From Dendronephthya gigantea (taxonomy: Eukaryota): DNA of 14,443 nucleotides. Positions 8,042 to 14,443 of the stretch are shown piece by piece. The stretch is from the NCBI RefSeq assembly GCF_004324835.1, contig NW_021163311.1, positions 138,208 to 152,650 of the forward strand, read 5' to 3'. The notes beneath the pieces are model-generated. The model searched no databases. It was not told where the DNA came from and was given only the letters and a program-made list of their open reading frames with translations. The position numbers and the translations under genes were made by a program. Each line of letters starts with the position of its first letter. Position 1 is the first letter of the stretch.

Positions 8042-8420
8042 CTTAGGGCGTGTTTATATGATCCCGTCTAGCCGGGACGGGATGTTTTCATCCCGCTTAG
8101 CCGGGAAACTCGCCTACGCGGATGGCGTGTTTATATGGAGTTCATTTTGTGGTGCAGGTTCCTTCGACGGCATGTTTTATTGTAGAAAACGAGTATGCCA
8201 ATATATACACATGCTCCTAATGTATGTTAATCGCGAATCATCTCGGCCAAGCGGGGATGGAGTGTTTATATGGCAATTTCTCGTCCTGTCTAAGCGGGAT
8301 CCCGGCAAGAAGTGCCGAAGAAAAGTGGTCATATAAACACTAATTAGCGTTTGTACTACAAGCGGGATCTCGGAAACTGTCCCGTCCCGGCTAGACGGGA
8401 TCATATAAACAGGCCCTAAG
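8042..8420. mobile_element. MITE (379 bp) with 41-bp terminal inverted repeats and subterminal gtgtttatatg / cccgcttagccggga motifs
   Basis: Left end cttagggcgtgtttatatgatcccgtctagccgggacggga against right end tcccgtcccggctagacgggatcatataaacaggccctaag (1 mismatch); no unambiguous TSD. Confidence 0.8.
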
Positions 8421-8546
8421 TTGAGCTACCGTTGAATCAAGGACATATGCTCCACTTTGCTAAAAAGCATCTTCGATAGTTACTAATACTACGCTATTTT
8501 GTTTAAATGTGACTGAGTTTTGAACTTTACGACAGTGGTATGAATT

Positions 8547-8650
8547 TTATCCACACATTTTATACAAAACTTTTGAAAGCTTTACATGATGACCATATCC
8601 TTTCTCGTCTGGCAGAGATGGATCCAAAAATCTTTTCGGCTTTTTGTCAT
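8547..8650 (-). CDS. Candidate terminal exon of signal-peptide gene: (N)DKKPKRFLDPSLPDEKGYGHHVKLSKVLYKMCG*
   Basis: Only phase-compatible acceptor (cttctag) downstream of exon 4; TAA at 8547-8549; weak support. Confidence 0.3.
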
Positions 8651-8690
8651 CTAGAAGTTTCAAATAGTTCGGATATTGTTACCAAATTTA

Positions 8691-9250
8691 GCTCCATCAG
8701 TTCTAAACTGTTCTTCCTAGAGGTCCAGTAAGGATCATCTCTTATTGATCCAGTGTTACTACAGGAGGAAACCTAAACTAAACTAACTTTATTTATACTG
8801 GATAGCTCTATAGTTCTAAACTGTTCTTTCTAGAGATCCAGTAAGGATCATCTCTTATTGACCCAGTGTTGCTACAGGAGGAAACCTAAACTAAACTAAC
8901 TTTATTTATACTGGATAGCTCTATCAGTTCTAAACTGTTCTTCCTAGAGGTCCAGGAGGGATCATCTCTTATTGATCCAGTGTTACTACAGGAGGAAACC
9001 TAAACTAAACTAACTTTATTTATACTGGATAGCTCTATCAGTTCTAAACTGTTCTTCCTAGAGGTCCAGTAAGGATCATCTCTTATTGATCCAGTGTTAC
9101 TACAGGAGGAAACCTAAACTAAACTAACTTTATTTATACTGGATAACTCTATCAGTTCTGAACTGTTCCTCCTAGAGGTCCAGTAAGGATCATCTCTTAT
9201 TGATCCAGTGTTACTACAGGAGGAAACCTAAACTATATTTATATTGGATG
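8691..9250 (+). repeat. 114-bp satellite family, cluster 3 (about 4.9 units) in last intron of the signal-peptide gene
   Basis: Five tandem units with minor variants (113-114 bp). Confidence 0.9.
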
Positions 9251-9270
9251 AACAAGATACAATAACATAC

Positions 9271-9385
9271 TTTTTCCACAGTATCTGGACAACTCAGCTT
9301 TTTTAATGTTTGATTCCTCGAACTTAACCGCAGCAATTGTTCGTCTGAATTCTTTGCCATTCACATCCATATGAATTGTCAGCAC
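9271..9385 (-). CDS. Signal-peptide gene exon 4: VLTIHMDVNGKEFRRTIAAVKFEESNIKKAELSRYCGK
   Basis: Acceptor ctactcag, donor GTATGT; open frame, phase 0 in / 1 out, consistent with exon 3. Confidence 0.6.
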
Positions 9386-9464
9386 CTGAGTAGATTAGAT
9401 TGATTTTTAAAGCTATTAAAGTGTTTAATATCCTTATGCATTCAACAGGACTCTTGATTCTTAA

Positions 9465-9885
9465 GCCCTGGTCAAACGAGAATGATAGTTGATGAGAGTT
9501 GAGAAGCGAGAGTTTGCACGAGAGTTTTCCAAACTCTCGATGCGCCGGTCAAACGAGAATGAGAGTTGAGAACGAGAGTTGATTACGGCGCGCATTAATT
9601 TCGTCCTTACTCCACTTCGTTTTGCTTTTTTTGTTTCTGCCCGTTGTTTTCAGAAGATTTCTTTTTTTTTTCAAAAAAATTGCAAACCGCTAGCTGTTTT
9701 GCAACTCTCATCAACTCTCATGACCGATCAAACGCGCCCAAACTCTCATCAACTCTCATCAAAATTTGAACCAGTTCAAAGTCAATGAGAGTTGATGAGA
9801 GTGCACGAGAGTGTATGAGAGTTCGCGGTCAAACGCAAGCGAGAGTTGCAACTCTCATCAACTCTCATTCTCGTTTGACCAGGGC
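9465..9885. mobile_element. MITE (421 bp) with about 40-bp TIR GCCCTGGTCAAACGAGAATGA.AGTTGATGAGAGTTG, flanked by TTAA on both sides (9461-9464 and 9886-9889); lies in intron 3 of signal-peptide gene
   Basis: Left cTTAAgccctggtcaaacgagaatgatagttgatgagagttg; right caactctcatcaactctcattctcgtttgaccagggcTTAAa; internal ctctcatcaactctcat subrepeats; TTAA duplication is piggyBac-like. Confidence 0.8.
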
Positions 9886-9911
9886 TTAAAGGTTTCATCC
9901 ATAAAAATTAC

Positions 9912-10057
9912 CTGAACATCGACTTGTTCAACTCGCTTTTCATTAATGAATTGCACTTGTTCTTCGATCAAATATTGATGTCCCGATTCCAGCTCCTTTC
10001 TCATCACCATTACGTGAATTATGACAGGAAGAATGCGAACATCTTTGGCAGAGTAAA
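9912..10057 (-). CDS. Signal-peptide gene exon 3: (V)YSAKDVRILPVIIHVMVMRKELESGHQYLIEEQVQFINEKRVEQVDVQ
   Basis: Acceptor tttcacag, donor GTAATT; phase 1 in / 0 out. Confidence 0.6.
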
Positions 10058-10276
10058 CTGTGAAATGAATACACAACAATTAGCCCAGAACTTATCCAAA
10101 TCTTCTCTGTCAAAAGAATTTAGGCTGTATGCACATGAAGGTAAATCAGTTATGATTTTTGGCACTTCACTCGAGGTAGGTAAATTCTAATGGTTCTTAG
10201 GGTGTTAATTTCGAGTGGAATTATACACACTTCAAATTCAAGCCAGGAACAGTTGATGGAAAATGAGTCAACTATC

Positions 10277-10352
10277 GGTCCTCCGGCAGAAATCGAACCT
10301 ATGCTTTTGCGATGCCGGTGCAATGCTCTTGCCACTGAGCTACAGAGGTAGC
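10277..10352 (-). ncRNA. tRNA-like Pol III element (degenerate tRNA or SINE head) with A box TAGCTCAGTGG and B box GGTTCGATT
   Basis: Minus strand acctctgtaGCTCagtggcaaGAGCattgcaccggcatcgcaaaagcataGGTTCGATTtctgccggaggacc; resembles tRNA-Ala but acceptor and T stems do not pair. Confidence 0.45.
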
Positions 10353-10741
10353 TGACAAGAGCAAGCGTGGTTAGTGTGCATATGATGGTAATCATCTGTG
10401 TGCACATGAGCGTCGTTTTCGAACATTCTCAAAATCGTTTTCATCCAGATTATTGCTTTGACACTTTGTCAACATGATCCAAGGGAAAATATGCTGAATA
10501 TGTTAAATTAGCTTCAAATTGACTGTGTTTGAAACAGTTTGAAATGAAAACGAAAATGTAAATGCGTGCACATGCATAGCCTTAGAATGAAAAAGCTGAA
10601 CCTGACTGCACCATTAGTGGAAGGTGTAAAGTCTGATTCAAAAGCTATGCTGGAAACTTAGTTTCAAAATATCACTGCTGTAGAAAACATTCAAAGTGAA
10701 GAATATATTTATAATAGCAAATAAATTTAGGTTGTTCGTAC

Positions 10742-10841
10742 CAATCTCAGCAGTGAGGTCGTACTTCGTAAGAACATCTAGTTCTGTGAGTTTCCCATTA
10801 ATTCTGACACTGTCTTCCTGGATTGTAATGTTCAATTTCAC
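10742..10841 (-). CDS. Signal-peptide gene exon 2: VKLNITIQEDSVRINGKLTELDVLTKYDLTAEI(V)
   Basis: Acceptor aattctcag, donor GTACGA; phase 0 in / 1 out. Confidence 0.6.
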
Positions 10842-10896
10842 CTGAGAATTAATACAACAGCATTGTGAGCAATAAATTATTTATTAAATGTTAAAG

Positions 10897-11140
10897 TAGG
10901 TCACATCTGGGTGCATTGCAAGCTAATGGGTTAACAAGAGACACTGACAGATAGTTTTGTTAACTTATTAACTGACAGTACTCTTCCACTGATGAGTAAA
11001 ATCATCTGGCATTAGACAGAGTAAAATACTAAAGTAGATCACATCTGGGTGCATTGCAAGCTAATGGTTATCACAGATAGTTTTGTTTACTTGGTAATGA
11101 CAATGATCAAGTGGTGAGTAAAATCATCTGGCTGATGGAA
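10897..11140 (-). repeat. 138-bp repeat family, copy B (reverse orientation, about 1.7 units) in intron 1 of the signal-peptide gene
   Basis: Reverse complement of the unit: aggtcacatctgggtgcattgcaagctaatgggttaacaagagacactgacag... Confidence 0.85.
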
Positions 11141-12035
11141 CTTATAAAATAAATAAACGTTTATAAAAGTACATTTAGAGACGCCTACTATTGCAAAGTC
11201 ATTGCTAAATTCAGCTGAGGCAATCTTAAAGACACAGCTAGCAACTTTGAGGAATTTTTCCCGTTAACAAGAGGCAAAATTGTGCTTTGTCATGTTTTTG
11301 TGGGGAGGAATTTCATCAACAACACGCAATAATAGTTATGTAATAACTTGCTTTCTATAACGTTATATAAAAATATAGATTAAGAAAACTTCCGACCGCA
11401 AATTTCCCACTTAAAACGACTATCTGAAGACGTGCAGGTGTTTTCAAAAAGGGTATTAAAACAAGACTTGTACAATATGAATAATGTTCAGATATTGACA
11501 CATGCTGGGAATATTTCGTCGCTTTTATTTTGCGATTTTATGAACAACGATCTTAGTTGATAAAACCAAGTTTCGTTTCGATTAAAAGCAGGAAGATTTT
11601 GAAGCGATGTTTTGAAGCTTCGATCGCAGTTTTGTTCAGATCAATCGAAGCAATTTTTGCGTTTTAAAAGGAAAAAGATTAGAGAAAGTTTTGGCAGCTA
11701 AAGGCGCCATAGACAAGGACATGTCACAACTTATTTCCTTCTTTCCCAAATTGGATTCCCGGTTACAAAAGAAAACAAAACAAAGTACCAACGTTTCCTC
11801 GAAGAAAATACACTGCAATTCAACTGCCTTGGCTGCAGATTTTCGTTTTGATTCAAAACGAAACAATCTGAACTTTGTGTGAAAGCCGTGTCGCAGTTAA
11901 ATTCAAAGTATTTTAAGCTCTTTCTATGCCGAATATAAACGCCGCATTTCTATGTTTACAAATACAAGACTCTATCATCCATTACTGGGCTACTTTTAAC
12001 TAGTTTTCTCTTCGAATTCATGCACAAATACTTAC

Positions 12036-12209
12036 AATAACTTCGGTTTCTCGTCTGCCGTTTGCGGAGTCTTCCTCCTCGATGATTTTCACAGAGATAG
12101 AGAGCTTCTCTTTTGAATGTTTTGTGCCAGATTTGAGGTCGTTTTCGCCGGCAAAAACTGCCTGGAATATCGCCAAAAACAAGACGAAATGGCCAAGCAC
12201 TTCAAACAT
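12036..12209 (-). CDS. Signal-peptide gene exon 1: MFEVLGHFVLFLAIFQAVFA|GENDLKSGTKHSKEKLSISVKIIEEEDSANGRRETEVI (predicted cleavable signal peptide)
   Basis: ATG at 12207-12209 (minus), hydrophobic h-region then VFA-G, consensus donor GTAAGT at 12030-12035; faces GC-box promoter. Confidence 0.55.
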
Positions 12210-12417
12210 GGTTTATTTGCTCAAAAAACAGATATAAAAGCGATAATATTGAACAGGAGAAGCACAGCGCGAATGCGGATTGCAATATGTAAACAGCTTG
12301 GAAAAGCTGTATAATATTTACATATTAACTCGTTGCAAGGGTGATAACTATTGTTATTAATACTATCGGTTAATAATTAATGACCATATATAGAGCCAAG
12401 ATTCAACGTATTATACA

Positions 12418-12660
12418 TATGCGGATAATCCCTTAGATAATCCGGTAAAGTTAATCCGGTAGAATTAATCAGTAGCAGTAATCAGTGAGCTCACTGGCAG
12501 TAATATCCAGATTCAACGAATGTGATCCTAAACCCTAGAGAATTAGGTTTAAAATAGATTAAGGATTAGACTAACTCGATTAAAGATTAGATTAGATTCG
12601 GTCAATGGTTAGAACTTAGAATGAAAGCTTGCATTGTAGAATATGGATATAGGATTATCT
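12418..12660. promoter_or_regulatory. Cluster of TAATCC / GGATTA (K50 homeodomain-type) motifs upstream of signal-peptide gene
   Basis: gataatccc, gataatccgg, gttaatccgg, ggattagac, aggattatc plus several TAATCA / GATTAG. Confidence 0.25.
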
Positions 12661-12739
12661 GATTTAATTTCGTTGAGATCCAGATATCCTATGTCTATGT
12701 TAATAATATATACAATGCAAGCCTTATCTAGATATGGTA

Positions 12740-13056
12740 GCCCACCCCATAGGGAACACCAGCTACATGATCAGTGATGGTACCACTACACGTTAACGAT
12801 ACCCCCCGCCCTCCTCATAGCCCACAGACGTCACTCGAGTTTTTTAAATTTCAATGAAGTAATATTACCCTCCTATATTGACCGCCAACCCACGCCACAA
12901 GGCCAGAGGGCCCCGCCCCTCCCCCTATCGCGTGCGACCCCCTCTGGCAAGCAGTTCAAGTATGCCTAAAGTACTTGACCTTTGTACGTTGGAGCTCTCT
13001 TTATATCTCATTTCCATATTTCATTGAAATTTGAATAAATATTCAATACAAATAAA
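12740..13056. promoter_or_regulatory. Bidirectional GC-rich promoter between divergent signal-peptide gene and ferredoxin gene (GC boxes ccccgcccc at 12911-12919 and ccccccgccctcc at 12803-12815, CACCC box at 12743-12749, TATA-like ctttatatct at 12999-13008)
   Basis: Only GC-rich island in window; lies between two divergent ATGs 847 bp apart. Confidence 0.55.
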
Positions 13057-13223
13057 ATGGCTCATCTTCGAAGACTCGCATCGCTTTCCACGAGAAGATC
13101 TTTGAGGAAATCCTTGTCAAGTTACTTGTATTCGTCTTCGACAAAACTTCAAAACAACGTCGCTTTATGTGGTACCACTTATCGTCATGTTAGTTCGAGT
13201 GGAGCAAAATTACAGCCGGACAC
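13057..13223 (+). CDS. FDX1: Ferredoxin exon 1: MAHLRRLASLSTRRSLRKSLSSYLYSSSTKLQNNVALCGTTYRHVSSSGAKLQPD(T), Arg/Ser-rich mitochondrial presequence
   Basis: ATG 13057; donor AC|GTAAGT (phase 2); presequence-like composition. Confidence 0.65.
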
Positions 13224-13410
13224 GTAAGTCGATGAAAATGTATATTTAATTATGTATATATTTCACGTTTTAGTGTTTACTCGAAGTCATATGGCGATTG
13301 AGTGATTAATTAAAACGAATTCCCGTTTTTATGTAATTCTTCAATGTTCACTTGGCTATATTTTGCTAAAAAAAACGACACCAACAATAATTTTACTCAT
13401 GGGAAGAGTT

Positions 13411-13720
13411 GTTAACCCATTAGCTTGCAATGCACCCAGATGTGACCTATTTAAGTATTTTACTCTGTCTAATGTCAGATGATTTTACTCATCAGTGGAA
13501 GAATACTGTCAGTTAATAAGTTAACAAAACTATCTGTCAGTGTCTCTTGTTAACCCATTAGCTTGCAATGCACCCAGATGTGACCTATTTAAGTATTTTA
13601 CTCTGTCTAATGTCAGATGATTTTACTCATCAGTGGAAGAGTACTGTCAGTTAATAAGTTAACAAAACTATCTGTCAGTGTCTCTTGTTAACCCATTAGC
13701 TTGCAATGCACCCAGATGTG
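13411..13720 (+). repeat. 138-bp repeat family, copy C (2.25 tandem units) in ferredoxin intron 1
   Basis: gttaaccc recurs at 13411, 13549, 13687 (period 138). Confidence 0.9.
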
Positions 13721-13829
13721 TTTTTTTAGTTTTCAAATAATTTAGGAGGATATTGCCTCCTTTTGACTGGCCAACCAGTGACTGGCACCGGATTTCACGG
13801 CTTCAAAGGTTTGTTTGTTTCTTCTCCAG

Positions 13830-13936
13830 AGCATCAATCACATTTCACGATCGAGATGGCGACAAGAAAACAGTTTCAGCCAAATATGGAGATTCACTTC
13901 TTGATGTTGCAAAGAATAATGATATTGATTTGGAAG
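13830..13936 (+). CDS. FDX1: Ferredoxin exon 2: (T)ASITFHDRDGDKKTVSAKYGDSLLDVAKNNDIDLE(G)
   Basis: Acceptor ttcttctccag, donor G|GTAAGA; matches adrenodoxin [36 protein letters not shown]. Confidence 0.85.
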
Positions 13937-14021
13937 GTAAGAATGACTACACTGCTCTCTTTTAGCCATGAGTTTATTAACACGTTTTGAATATCTTCTC
14001 TTCATCAAATTTCACATCGAG

Positions 14022-14157
14022 GTGCTTGTGAAGGAACTCTGAGCTGTTCAACTTGTCATCTTATATTTGATCCGGACGAATTTGCCAAGTTGGATCTACC
14101 TGAACCAGATGATGAAGAACTAGATATGCTTGATCTGGCCTATGGTTTGACACCAAC
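14022..14157 (+). CDS. FDX1: Ferredoxin exon 3: (G)[44 protein letters not shown](T); [2Fe-2S] Cys ligands CxxxxxCxxC
   Basis: Acceptor catcgag, donor AC|GTAAGA; near-identical to human FDX1 [50 protein letters not shown]; remaining exons off-window. Confidence 0.9.
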
Positions 14158-14159
14158 GT

Positions 14160-14443
14160 AAGAGATGATCCTTACTGGACCTCTAGGAAGAACAGTTTAG
14201 AACTGATAGAACTATCCAGTATAAATAAAGTTAGTTTAGTTTAGGTTTCCTCCTGTAGTAACATTGGATCAATAAGAGATGATCCTTACTGGAACTCTAG
14301 GAAGAACAGTTAAGAACTGATAGAGTTATCCAGTATAAATAAAGTTAGTTTAGTTTAGTTTCCTCCTGTAGTAACACTGGATCAATAAGAGAAGATCCTT
14401 ACTGGACCTCTAGGAAGAACAGTTTAGAATGATAAGAGCTATC
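14160..14443 (-). repeat. 114-bp satellite family, cluster 4 (reverse-complement orientation, 2.5 units or more, truncated by window end) starting 2 bp after ferredoxin exon 3 donor
   Basis: Plus strand reads agagatgatccttactggacctctaggaagaacagtttagaactgatag..., the reverse complement of the unit. Confidence 0.9.

Noticed and set aside
8025-8404. ORFs 8025-8336 (+) and 8177-8404 (-), 103 and 75 aa
   Set aside because: Both lie entirely within the palindromic MITE 8042-8420. They mirror each other (MIPSSRDG on both strands) because of the inverted-repeat structure, not because they code.
8540-8731. Plus-strand ORF 8540-8731 (63 aa) and other 60-90 aa ORFs (e.g. 448-696, 697-960, 9579-9788, 9924-10190, 11691-11882, 12117-12314)
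   Set aside because: None has splice-site or homology support. Several are antisense to the well-supported eIF2gamma or signal-peptide-gene exons, or run through repeats or the MITE (9579-9788).
10985-11010. Possible hammerhead ribozyme in the 138-bp repeat (CUGAUGAG on the transcribed reverse strand; the same motif as tcatcag on plus at 5509-5531 and 13478-13500)
   Set aside because: The GAUGA of the motif is itself paired with the downstream UCAUC in a simple hairpin. There is no helix II followed by GAAA and no positioned GUC/UH cleavage triplet, so the conserved HHR core is absent. The 114-bp and 77-bp units also lack CUGAUGA...GAAA architecture.
1-14443. A prokaryotic operon, defence island or other bacterial system
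   Set aside because: The window shows spliced genes with GT-AG introns, eukaryote-specific proteins (eIF2gamma, adrenodoxin), satellites, MITEs and an NF-Y/Sp1-type promoter. There are no long uninterrupted ORFs or Shine-Dalgarno organisation. It is metazoan nuclear DNA.

Overview
This window is eukaryotic (metazoan-type) nuclear DNA, AT-rich and repeat-laden, not a prokaryotic locus. Most ORFs in the six-frame track are spurious. Three spliced protein-coding genes can be reconstructed by hand.

(1) Minus strand, 520-5980: translation initiation factor eIF2 gamma (EIF2S3 orthologue). I resolved 12 coding exons with GT-AG introns and consistent phases (389 codons). The GTP-binding motifs [9 protein letters not shown], DCPGH and NKID are present, as is a Cys-rich zinc ribbon. 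The last ~85 codons must lie beyond the window start.

(2) Minus strand, about 8547-12209: an uncharacterised gene for a small protein with a predicted signal peptide (about 212 aa; 4-5 exons).

(3) Plus strand, 13057-14157: exons 1-3 of a mitochondrial adrenodoxin-type [2Fe-2S] ferredoxin (FDX1-like). It is transcribed divergently from gene 2 out of an 850-bp GC-box promoter and is truncated by the window end.

Repeats largely fill the introns:
- a 114-bp satellite family in four intronic clusters, always in the same orientation relative to host transcription;
- a 77-bp satellite (about 17 units) that occupies nearly all of eIF2gamma intron 6 and is derived from the terminus of a TTAA-flanked MITE present at 9465-9885;
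- a 138-bp repeat family, present as one copy in the first intron of each of the three genes;
- a 40-bp minisatellite directly upstream of the eIF2gamma start codon;
- a second MITE with 41-bp terminal inverted repeats at 8042-8420 and a foldback element at 7811-8001;
- a tRNA-like Pol III element with A and B boxes at 10277-10352;
- an intronic tandem duplication carrying a disabled copy of eIF2gamma exon 11;
- a CCAAT-box palindrome cluster at 7456-7578;
- an orphan transmembrane-tail exon at 7054-7251.

No CRISPR array, rRNA gene or prokaryotic defence system is present.
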